Of a stretch of 53,144 bases of DNA, positions 8,601 to 16,329 are shown one piece after another. Position 1 is the first letter of the stretch, and every line of letters begins with the position of its first letter. This DNA comes from a bacterium (lineage in GTDB: Bacteria; Patescibacteriota; Patescibacteriia; Patescibacteriales; UBA12465). The notes under the pieces are model-generated. The model worked only from the letters and a program-made list of their open reading frames with translations, was not told the origin of the DNA and did no database searches. The stretch lies in the NCBI GenBank assembly GCA_035402825.1, contig DAONDZ010000006.1, forward strand, positions 1-53,144, read 5' to 3'. A program made the position numbers and the translations under genes.

Positions 8601-9461
8601 ATGGATGCAAAAGAAATCAGGGAAGAGTTCTATGGAAATATTTTTCCCGACCTAGCCCGAATTTGCCAGCTTCGCCCGGCGCTTTGGCCGGTGAGTTATT
8701 ATCAAGAAAGATTTAAGGATTTGCAAAAATTGGGTTTTTCTAACCCCAAAAAAATGATTGTGTCTTTTCCGTCTTTGCTCAGTTATTCTATTATGAATAT
8801 TGATCAAAAGATCAAAGACTTACGCAGTCTGGGGTTTAAGAATCCAATTAAGATTATCACTTCCTGTCCCTCGCTTTTCGGCAGTTCTCTGAGCAATCTC
8901 AAAGTGAAGATTGCCGAGTTGGAAAAACTGGGTTTTAAGAATCCGATTAAGATTATCACCTCATTTCCGCCCACTTTGCTTTTGGCCACGGAAAACGTGG
9001 CTCAGAAAATTGAAGATTTGCAGGCCTTGGGATTCGCTAATCCGCAGAAATTAATCAATTCTTTGCCGGCTATCTTGGGGTTAAGCGTCCAGAATATCAA
9101 AAGCAAAATTGATAATCTGAGCGCCTTAGGATTTGTTAATCCTAATCAGATGATTATTTCCTTGCCGGCCCTGCTTAGCTATTCAGTAGATAGTATTAAA
9201 ATTAAGCTTAGTTTCTATTGCCGAGTGTTAAAAGGATCGGCTGTCAATTACCTGGAAATAGCAGAGCGTTATCCGATTAGCTTAGGATTCGCTCAAGCCA
9301 GGATTTCGTTGGTCATGCGTATCTTATATGACCAAAAAATTCCTCTTACCGGCGCCAAGCTATTCGCGCGGCTTTCCGACCCCCAGAGATACGTGGCGGC
9401 TGAGGATTTAATCAAATATCCAAAGCTGAAACGGCTCTATCAGTTATATTATGATAAATAG
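8601..9461 (+). CDS. mTERF-like helical repeat protein
   Basis: 286 aa. Five tandem 33-aa units with consensus LGFxNPxKxIxSxPxLLxxSxxNIxxKIxxL, plus degenerate flanking units. No signal peptide or TM. Has its own promoter and terminator. Confidence 0.6.
   Translation: MDAKEIREEFYGNIFPDLARICQLRPALWPVSYYQERFKDLQKLGFSNPKKMIVSFPSLLSYSIMNIDQKIKDLRSLGFKNPIKIITSCPSLFGSSLSNLKVKIAELEKLGFKNPIKIITSFPPTLLLATENVAQKIEDLQALGFANPQKLINSLPAILGLSVQNIKSKIDNLSALGFVNPNQMIISLPALLSYSVDSIKIKLSFYCRVLKGSAVNYLEIAERYPISLGFAQARISLVMRILYDQKIPLTGAKLFARLSDPQRYVAAEDLIKYPKLKRLYQLYYDK
8730..9224 (+). repeat. in-frame 99-bp tandem repeat (5 units) encoding the 33-aa helical repeats
   Basis: Units starting near 8829 and 8928 are nearly identical at the DNA level (ctggggtttaagaatccaattaagattatcac vs ctgggttttaagaatccgattaagattatcac). 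The period is 99 nt. Confidence 0.8.
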
Positions 9462-9475
9462 TTTTATTACCCTGT

Positions 9476-9507
9476 GGGCAATCAATTGATTGCCCGCTTT
9501 TATTTTT
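9476..9507. terminator. palindromic terminator between convergent genes
   Basis: Perfect 20-nt palindrome gggcaatcaattgattgccc followed by gcttttattttt. The T tract overlaps the glgP stop codon. Confidence 0.65.
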
Positions 9508-11125
9508 GGTATATTTTTTGCCAATACTCTTTGACCATTCGGGCGCTGTTATAAATTGGAGCATTATAACTCATGGCGTTACGCATCATGGTCTGCCATT
9601 TTTGGGGATAGAGATAGTATAAAGGCAATATTTCTTTTTCTAAAGTGTCATAAAGAGCGGCGGCCTGGCTGTTTTTTATTTCCCAGCCGTTCTGGTTTTT
9701 CCGATAGGCTTCTTTCCACCAGCCGTCTAAGGAGCTGATTTGCGGCACGCCGTTTAAGGCCGCTTTCATACCGCTGGTCCCGCAAGCTTCATTGGGCGGT
9801 AGAGGGTTATTCAGCCATAGATCGGCGCCGGAGACTAAAAGTTTGGCTAAAGAGATATTGTAGTTTTCCAAAAAGACCAGTTTGATTTCTTTTTGATATT
9901 TAGCTTTTATCTTGTATATTTCCTTAATCATTTCTTTTCCTTGACGATCTTGGGGGTGGGCTTTACCAGCGTAGATTATTTGCAGCGGCCAGCGGCGGTT
10001 TATCTCCAAGAGTCTGGACATATCGTTGAGCAGCAATAAGGGTTGTTTATAGGCCACCAGGCGGCGAGCAAAGACTAAGGTTAACACCGTAGCCTCTAAT
10101 TCTATACCAGTTTCTTTTTTGACATATTGCAAAAGTTTTTTCTTGTTGATTAAATGCGCTTGGTTTATTTCCGTTAATGAAATATTTTTAGTTTTCCGCA
10201 GGAGTTGATTATTCTTCTCCCAACCTGGCAGATGCTGAGTATAGAGCTGGGCGAATTTTGGGGATGTCCAAAAGGCGGCATGAACGCCATTGGTAATGGA
10301 ACTAATTTTAGCTTGCGGGAAATGCTTTTGCAAAGTCTTCCGATGGCTTTGGGAAACGCCATTGACCCGGCCGGCTAAACTGACGCCCAATTGAGTAAGG
10401 TTAATTTTTTCTTTGACTATTAAGTCTTGGTAGTGCAAAGGGAAGTCAGGCTGATATTGAAGCATGGTGGCCAGCGGAAAGATGTCTTGGCCGGCCTTTA
10501 CTGGTGTATGGTTAGTGAAAATTAATTTTTGGCGGAGTTTTTTTCTCTTTAGTCGGTCTTTGTTTCCTTTCATTTCTGCCAGCAATTCCAGGGCGGCCAG
10601 AATCCCATGGCCTTCATTGATGTGATATTTCTTTATCTTATGCCCCAGAGCAGCCAGCATTTTGACCGCGCCTCTTCCCAAAACGATTTCTTGTTGGAGA
10701 CGATAGGTTTGATCTTGGCCATAGAGTTCATTGGTTAATTGGCGATAGGATTCTTGGTTAGCTGGTAAATCAGTATCCAGAAAATAGACCGGGAGTTGGC
10801 CGTTAATTAAGTATTGCCAGACTCCCACCACGACTCGGTCGGTGCCAATGGCAATAGTAATGGTCTGCGGCAATTTGTTGAGCTGCCGGCTGCGGTTAAT
10901 TTCTGGTAGTTCTATCTGTTCTCCTGAGCTAGTGATTTTTTGTTTAAAGTATCCTTGTTTATTTAATAGGCTTACCGCCACTAAAGGCAAGTGGAGGTCG
11001 GAGGCGGAACGCAAAAAATCACCGGCCAAAATGCCTAAGCCGCCGGCATAATTAGACAGCTTTTCATCCACGGCAATTTCCATGCTGAGATAGGCGATTT
11101 TATGGGAAGCGTTTATTTTTTTCAT
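9500..11125 (-). CDS. glgP: alpha-glucan (glycogen/maltodextrin) phosphorylase, GT35 family
   Basis: 541 aa. N-terminal IAYLSMEIA...YAGGLGILAGD, PLP-Lys region EACGTSGMKAALNG, NHTPV motif. Confidence 0.9.
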   Translation of the reverse strand: MKKINASHKIAYLSMEIAVDEKLSNYAGGLGILAGDFLRSASDLHLPLVAVSLLNKQGYFKQKITSSGEQIELPEINRSRQLNKLPQTITIAIGTDRVVVGVWQYLINGQLPVYFLDTDLPANQESYRQLTNELYGQDQTYRLQQEIVLGRGAVKMLAALGHKIKKYHINEGHGILAALELLAEMKGNKDRLKRKKLRQKLIFTNHTPVKAGQDIFPLATMLQYQPDFPLHYQDLIVKEKINLTQLGVSLAGRVNGVSQSHRKTLQKHFPQAKISSITNGVHAAFWTSPKFAQLYTQHLPGWEKNNQLLRKTKNISLTEINQAHLINKKKLLQYVKKETGIELEATVLTLVFARRLVAYKQPLLLLNDMSRLLEINRRWPLQIIYAGKAHPQDRQGKEMIKEIYKIKAKYQKEIKLVFLENYNISLAKLLVSGADLWLNNPLPPNEACGTSGMKAALNGVPQISSLDGWWKEAYRKNQNGWEIKNSQAAALYDTLEKEILPLYYLYPQKWQTMMRNAMSYNAPIYNSARMVKEYWQKIYQK

Positions 11126-11133
11126 ACTTTAAT

Positions 11134-11142
11134 AGTATAGCA
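11134..11142 (-). promoter_or_regulatory. extended -10 promoter candidate for glgP
   Basis: Minus-strand TGCTATACT. 8 nt separate it from the glgP ATG at 11125. Confidence 0.45.
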
Positions 11143-11157
11143 AAAGAATCTTTCTTT

Positions 11158-11166
11158 TGCTAAAAT
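11158..11166 (+). promoter_or_regulatory. extended -10 promoter candidate for the flavodoxin gene
   Basis: TGCTAAAAT, 27 nt upstream of the ATG at 11194. Confidence 0.45.
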
Positions 11167-11193
11167 GAGAGTATTAATATTAACCGTCATTAT

Positions 11194-11652
11194 ATGAAAA
11201 CTTTAGTCGTGTATAGTTCTATGTATGGCAACACCAAGAAAATCGCGGCAACTATTGCCCAGGTTTTTCCCGGGGCTAAAGTAATGGAGGACAAAGATTT
11301 TGATAGTTCAGTCTTAGACTCTATTGACCTCTTGATTTCCGGCTCTCCCACTCATGGCGGCCGACCTAAGCCGAGCTGGAATGAGTTCTTACAAAAGATT
11401 CCGGCTGAGGGGTTAAAAGGAAAAAAGTTCGCTGTTTTTGACACTAGATTTTGGGAACCGGATTTAAATTTCGCTTTGCGGCTTCTAGTGAAAACTATTG
11501 GCTATGCTGCGCCGCGTATGAGTGCCTCCTTGAAATCTTTAGGGGGTGAAGAGGCTGTGGAACCGATGGGTTTTATCGTCACCGGCAAATCAGGCCCGAT
11601 TAAAGAAGGGGAGTTGTCAAAAGCCGAAATCTGGGCGAAGAGTATTTCTTAG
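11194..11652 (+). CDS. flavodoxin family protein
   Basis: 152 aa. MKTLVVYSSMYGNTKKIA FMN phosphate-binding loop and LLISGSPTHGG. Confidence 0.75.
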   Translation: MKTLVVYSSMYGNTKKIAATIAQVFPGAKVMEDKDFDSSVLDSIDLLISGSPTHGGRPKPSWNEFLQKIPAEGLKGKKFAVFDTRFWEPDLNFALRLLVKTIGYAAPRMSASLKSLGGEEAVEPMGFIVTGKSGPIKEGELSKAEIWAKSIS

Positions 11653-11681
11653 GGTTGCTTGCTGAAAAGGCGGAATAATTA

Positions 11682-11687
11682 TATAAT
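11682..11687 (+). promoter_or_regulatory. -10 box candidate
   Basis: TATAAT 31 nt upstream of the ATG at 11719. No clear -35 or TG extension. Confidence 0.3.
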
Positions 11688-11718
11688 TTTATTAGCCTCA
11701 ATTATTAATTATACATAC

Positions 11719-12867
11719 ATGACTACGCGCCGAGTGTTTATTCGCCAAATTTTATTGCTGACGCTATTTTTTTCTCTTTTAGCTTTAGCGGCGGTTTTGG
11801 TAGTTTCCCGGGTGGGAATAAATAGTTTTAATAATGATTTATTTCGAGCCATGGATGTGTCTTTAGCGGCGGTTAATCCGGTGAGAGTGGAGCGACAGGC
11901 CCAGGTTATAACTGATAATCAAACGGAGGATTATTTGCGTCTCAAAGAGCAATTAATTAAGATTAGCAATTTATTCACGGATTACGGCATTGATTCTATT
12001 TATATCATGACTAAAAATGACCAGCGAATTTATTTCTTGGTTGACTCTCTAACTCCCGATCATCCCCGCTATAGCGCTCCTGGCGTACTCTATAACAAGC
12101 CGCCGCAAGAATTGAATGATGTTTTTGAATATAGCAGTCCGGCTCTAGTCGGCCCCTATACCGATGAATACGGCACTTTCTTGTCTTATTTCAAGCCGGT
12201 TAAATCTTTTACCGACGATAGCTTATTTGGGGTGATGGGGGTTGATATTAATTACAGTTTTTTTCAAGCCAAATCGCGGCTGTGGTCTTTTTATGCCATT
12301 TCCGGCACGATTATTTTATACATATTATCCCTATTGCTTTTCCTTTATTATCACAGCCGCTTAGTCTCCAAGCAAAGGCAGGAAAATGACAAGCGGATTA
12401 CCGAAAACATGGCCGATTCTTTAACCGATTTTTTCTATGTCTTTGATAATGACGGCAAATGTATTTTGTGGAACAAGGCGGCTGTTAAGTTTACTGGCTA
12501 CAAATTAAACGAAGCTTCAAAGTTGGGCTATCACAAACTATTTAAACCGACTGACTATAGTCGAATCGATAAATCGATTGATAAAGTTTTGAAAACCGGC
12601 TCTGACTCTTTGGAAATTGATATTCTCACTAAAGACGGACGGGCGATACCTTGCGAATTAAATAACTCTCTATTAAAAAACGCTCAAGGTGAAGTTGTCG
12701 GTTTGGTGGGTGGCGGTCGGGATATTTCTCGGCGTCGGGAAAAAGAAGAAGAATTGATTAAGCAAAAAAAAGACTTGGAGAAAATTAATCAATTGATGGT
12801 GGGCCGGGAACTGCGGATGATTGAATTGAAGAAAGAATTGGAGCAGAATAAGAAACCGACAAAATAA
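11719..12867 (+). CDS. membrane sensor protein: Cache-like extracytoplasmic domain, TM, PAS, C-terminal coiled coil, no kinase or other output domain
   Basis: The ORF track begins at a TTG (11659). The ATG at 11719 (MTTRRVFIRQ + TM) follows a TATAAT box. Two TM helices flank a periplasmic-type domain. PAS core FFYVFDNDGKCILWNKAAVKFTGY...GGGRDISRRRE. Ends in MVGRELRMIELKKELE. Confidence 0.7.
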   Translation: MTTRRVFIRQILLLTLFFSLLALAAVLVVSRVGINSFNNDLFRAMDVSLAAVNPVRVERQAQVITDNQTEDYLRLKEQLIKISNLFTDYGIDSIYIMTKNDQRIYFLVDSLTPDHPRYSAPGVLYNKPPQELNDVFEYSSPALVGPYTDEYGTFLSYFKPVKSFTDDSLFGVMGVDINYSFFQAKSRLWSFYAISGTIILYILSLLLFLYYHSRLVSKQRQENDKRITENMADSLTDFFYVFDNDGKCILWNKAAVKFTGYKLNEASKLGYHKLFKPTDYSRIDKSIDKVLKTGSDSLEIDILTKDGRAIPCELNNSLLKNAQGEVVGLVGGGRDISRRREKEEELIKQKKDLEKINQLMVGRELRMIELKKELEQNKKPTK

Positions 12868-12871
12868 ACTT

Positions 12872-14083
12872 ATGCTTTACGACTTAGCTATTTTAGGCGG
12901 CGGCCCCAGCGGTTTATTAGCCGCCATAGCCGCTGCTCAGCGCGGCGCTAAAGTTATCCTCTTAGAGAAAAATGAAAGATTAGGCACCAAGCTGCTCTTA
13001 AGCGGCGGCGGGCGCTGTAACCTGACTAATATCTTTTTGAGTGCCGCTAATATTAATCATGTCTTTGGTCCTCAAGGCAAGTTTTTGCTATCTGCTTTGT
13101 CCCGTTTTAGTCCGACTGAGACTATCAGTTTCTTTGCCGGCCTAGGCATCATTTCTAAGGTGGAAGCTGAGGGGCGGGTGTTTCCGGTCAGCAATCAAGT
13201 CCAGGAGGTTTTAACGGCTCTCCTTAAGGCCCTGAAGGTCTATGGCGCCGATATTAGACTGGGAGCTGAGGTAATAGCCATTAAAGAGAAGGAGACCTTT
13301 ATTCAGACGTTTAAATTGAGGAGCGGGGAAGAGATTCAGGCTCGCCATTATATTATTGCCAGCGGCGGTCGTTCTTATCCCTTGACCGGCTCCGACGGCG
13401 GAGCCTATGCTTTTTTGAAAAAATTGGGACATGAAATCGTCTTACCTCGGCCGGCTTTGGCACCGCTTTTAATGACTGAATCGTGGCTAAAAAGGTTAGA
13501 GGGGCTAAGCGCGGTGGTGGAATTATCGGTTAAAGAAAAGAAAATTAAACAAACCGGTTCAATTATTTTTACTGCCCAAGGATTAAGTGGCCCTCTGGCT
13601 CTTAATTTGAGTCGGCAAATGGCTAGCGGTGATATTTTAATTTTAGATTTTTTTCCTGATATTTCTTCTTCGGATTTAGCACAAAGCTTAAATGATAGCT
13701 TATCTTCCCAGGGGGCGAAGATGATTAAAAATATTTTGGGAGAAATGGTTCAGCCCAAACTCTTGCCGGTGATCTTGGATTTAGCTCATGTTTCGCCAGA
13801 GAAAAAAGGAGCGGTTGTCAGTCGAGAGGAAAGGCAGAGTATTTTAAAATATTTAAAAAGTTTTCCTTTATCCGTTTCTCAAGTGGCCGGATTTGATCAG
13901 GCTATGGTGACGGCCGGTGGGGTAGACCTCCGTCAAGTAGATCCTAAAACTATGAAATCTAAAATTATCAAAAATCTTTCTTTAGCCGGAGAAGTTTTAA
14001 ATTTAGACGGCATTACCGGCGGTTATAATTTGCAACTGTGCTGGAGCACCGGCTATGTTGCCGGTTCATCTTTCCTTGACTAA
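12872..14083 (+). CDS. HI0933/BaiN-type NAD(P)/FAD-dependent oxidoreductase
   Basis: 403 aa. YDLAILGGGPSGLLAA dinucleotide motif, SGGGRCNLTN, and C-terminal LAGEVLNLDGITGGYNLQ, typical of the HI0933-like flavoprotein family. Confidence 0.85.
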   Translation: MLYDLAILGGGPSGLLAAIAAAQRGAKVILLEKNERLGTKLLLSGGGRCNLTNIFLSAANINHVFGPQGKFLLSALSRFSPTETISFFAGLGIISKVEAEGRVFPVSNQVQEVLTALLKALKVYGADIRLGAEVIAIKEKETFIQTFKLRSGEEIQARHYIIASGGRSYPLTGSDGGAYAFLKKLGHEIVLPRPALAPLLMTESWLKRLEGLSAVVELSVKEKKIKQTGSIIFTAQGLSGPLALNLSRQMASGDILILDFFPDISSSDLAQSLNDSLSSQGAKMIKNILGEMVQPKLLPVILDLAHVSPEKKGAVVSREERQSILKYLKSFPLSVSQVAGFDQAMVTAGGVDLRQVDPKTMKSKIIKNLSLAGEVLNLDGITGGYNLQLCWSTGYVAGSSFLD

Positions 14084-14104
14084 TTGGGAAATATGTATTA
14101 TAAT
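14076..14104 (+). promoter_or_regulatory. near-consensus sigma70-type promoter for the Cys-rich peptide
   Basis: TTGACT (14076-14081), 17-nt spacer, TATAAT (14099-14104). Overlaps the last codons of the upstream gene. Confidence 0.55.
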
Positions 14105-14132
14105 ACTAATACTTAAAATTAATTATAATTTT

Positions 14133-14270
14133 ATGGAAAAAACTTGTGTGAAATGCGGCTTGCCGCTTAATGAGACCAACCAATGCTCCTGCAATACTGA
14201 TTTATGCGCTTATTGCTGTGAATGTTCTCAGGACTGCCAATGCGGCTGTCAGGAGAAGAAAGCGGAATAA
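14133..14270 (+). CDS. 45-aa cysteine-rich (metallothionein-like) peptide
   Basis: MEKTCVKCGLPLNETNQCSCNTDLCAYCCECSQDCQCGCQEKKAE has 11 Cys in 45 residues (CxxC, CxC, CxxCCxC, CxCxC). TTGACT-17-TATAAT promoter upstream and a strong terminator downstream. The ORF-track start at 14055 lies inside the upstream gene. Confidence 0.55.
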   Translation: MEKTCVKCGLPLNETNQCSCNTDLCAYCCECSQDCQCGCQEKKAE

Positions 14271-14283
14271 GCTTCCTATACTC

Positions 14284-14310
14284 AAAACCCCTGAATGAAT
14301 CAGGGGTTTT
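14284..14310 (+). terminator. rho-independent terminator
   Basis: aaaacccctga / atgaa / tcaggggtttt (11-bp stem). Confidence 0.75.
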
Positions 14311-14364
14311 GACTTATCCGGGGAAACTAGGATAAAATAGAGCTATAATTTAAATTACTAAAAT

Positions 14365-15045
14365 ATGGGATTTGAGAACAAATTAGAGGGGCTTAATTTA
14401 GCGGAGGGGGAATCGAAACAATATGAATTTTTTCCGAGAGCAGAGAACCGGGAAAAACTTTTTGAGTATACTCAGAAATTAGCAGAATATTTAAAGTCTC
14501 AGCAGATAGCCGATATTATCTTAATGGATAGAGCTGCCCGGCCCATAGCCAATGCCTTGAAAGCCTATTGGCAGAATCAGGCCGAGAAACCGACCGAGGC
14601 TAATATTTATTTCTTTAACAAGAACGGCTTTGGCGACTACGGCTCCGATTATGAACACTCTATTCCGGGTCGGGAATTAAAAGCCGCTTATCCCAAGTTA
14701 ATAGCCGACAAAGATCAGCCGGTTTTGTTGTTTGATACTTGTGTCCATTCCGGCGATACTTTGGCCCCGATAGCCAAACAGCTGCGGGGAATGAATTTTT
14801 CTGATTTGCGTTTGGGCTCAATATCTAAACCGCAGAAAGGTTCTCCTCTAAAAACTGATTTTTATATTGAAGAAGCCGAAGCCTCTTTAGGCTGCCATCC
14901 TTTTGGTTGGGACTCTATCGTGGAAAGGGACTCAGAGCATGTTTTTTCCAAGCCCAATCCGGATCAGGCCAAGCGAGATTATTCTATTAGATTGAAACGA
15001 GAGATAGCCGAGATTATCAAAGAGTACACTCAAAAACAGAAATAG
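14365..15045 (+). CDS. phosphoribosyltransferase-like domain protein
   Basis: 226 aa. PRPP-binding-type motif VLLFDTCVHSGDTLAPI preceded by IILMDRAARPIA. Confidence 0.55.
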   Translation: MGFENKLEGLNLAEGESKQYEFFPRAENREKLFEYTQKLAEYLKSQQIADIILMDRAARPIANALKAYWQNQAEKPTEANIYFFNKNGFGDYGSDYEHSIPGRELKAAYPKLIADKDQPVLLFDTCVHSGDTLAPIAKQLRGMNFSDLRLGSISKPQKGSPLKTDFYIEEAEASLGCHPFGWDSIVERDSEHVFSKPNPDQAKRDYSIRLKREIAEIIKEYTQKQK

Positions 15046-15048
15046 CCT

Positions 15049-16329
15049 ATGCCTAAAAAAATTATTATTATCGCCGTAGCGATTTTAAATCTTCTGGCCA
15101 TCATCATTTTTTGGGCGGTTAATAATACCGGTATTTTGTGGACTGGTATCGGCCTGGGAAGATTGACCGGATTATTGGCGGCTTATTTTTTATTGATTCA
15201 GTTGCTGTTTATTTCCCGGTTTAAATTCTTGGAATCGGTTTTTGGCTGGGATCGCTTGACCTTCATCCATCATCTTAACGGTTTTTTGACTTTAGCTTTT
15301 ATCTTGCTCCATCCGTTATTTTTAGCTTTGGGCTATGGCTTTAGAAGCGGCCGGGGATTAGTGGGGCAATTGTTTAGCTTTTGGGGTTGGGAAGAAGTTC
15401 CGGCAGCATTTTTAAGCGTTGGTCTGTTTATTTTGATTGTCGTTTTATCAATAATTTTTGCTCGTGGCAAGATGCGTTATGAGAAGTGGTATTTTATCCA
15501 TCTCTTAGCCTATCTGGCGGTAATTTTATCCTTTTCCCATCAATTTGAGCTGGGAGCCGATTTGCGTAATAATTTTTTTGCCGCTTATTATATTTTGCTC
15601 TATGTTCTTTTGGGACTGGTTTGGCTCTGGGGAAGGATCGTCAGACCGCTCTGGTTTTTTTCTCGCCATCGTTTTTTTGTTTCTAAAATTATCACCGAAT
15701 GTCCCGGTGTTGTTTCTGTCTATATCAGTGGCCGGCAAATGGAAAACTATCGATTTTTAGCCGGTCAATTTGTTAGTATTCGTTTCCTAAATAGTTTAGC
15801 CTATCAATCTCATCCTTTTTCTTTTTCTCAGGACTATAACGGTCGGGAACTGCGGTTGACGATTAAAGCCCTGGGCGATTTTACCGGTGATTTGGAAAAG
15901 AAAATTAAAGTGGGGGATATGGTTATTTTAGAGGGCCCTTATGGCCGCTTTACTCTGCGCCACGCCAAGCGGCAAAAGTTGGCTTTAATCGCTGGCGGCA
16001 TTGGTATTACCCCGATTAGGTCTTTGGTGGAAGCGGGGAAAAAAGAAAATATTGATTTAAAAGTGATTGCCAGTTTTAAGTCGAATCAAGAGTTTGTTTT
16101 TAATTCGGAAATAATGCCCTGGGCGGCTGAGGATACAGTGATACATTATTTAGCTAGTGACCAAAGCGGCCGCTTGAATGAGGCTAAGGTCAAGGAACTG
16201 ATACCTGATTATTTAGAACGCGATTTTTATGTTTGTGGACCGCCGGCGATGACCGCGGCCATAGTTTCAACTCTTTTGGCTCTGGGGGTGGGAAAGAAAT
16301 ATATTCACCAAGAGAAGTTTTCTTGGTAG
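15049..16329 (+). CDS. NOX/ferric-reductase-like transmembrane flavocytochrome (Ferric_reduct TM domain + FAD + NAD(P)H domains)
   Basis: 426 aa, 6 TM helices. Two His pairs 13 residues apart (FIHHLNGFLTLAFILLH; FIHLLAYLAVILSFSH). FAD motif HPFSFS, GPYG, NAD(P)H motif IAGGIGITP, C-terminal YVCGPPAM. Confidence 0.8.
   Translation: MPKKIIIIAVAILNLLAIIIFWAVNNTGILWTGIGLGRLTGLLAAYFLLIQLLFISRFKFLESVFGWDRLTFIHHLNGFLTLAFILLHPLFLALGYGFRSGRGLVGQLFSFWGWEEVPAAFLSVGLFILIVVLSIIFARGKMRYEKWYFIHLLAYLAVILSFSHQFELGADLRNNFFAAYYILLYVLLGLVWLWGRIVRPLWFFSRHRFFVSKIITECPGVVSVYISGRQMENYRFLAGQFVSIRFLNSLAYQSHPFSFSQDYNGRELRLTIKALGDFTGDLEKKIKVGDMVILEGPYGRFTLRHAKRQKLALIAGGIGITPIRSLVEAGKKENIDLKVIASFKSNQEFVFNSEIMPWAAEDTVIHYLASDQSGRLNEAKVKELIPDYLERDFYVCGPPAMTAAIVSTLLALGVGKKYIHQEKFSW

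Noticed and set aside
8730-9224. A regular 99-bp tandem repeat that could be mistaken for a CRISPR-like array or a non-coding VNTR.
   Set aside because: The repeat is in frame throughout and has no unique spacers, since the units are contiguous. It encodes a coherent 33-aa helical repeat inside a 286-aa ORF.
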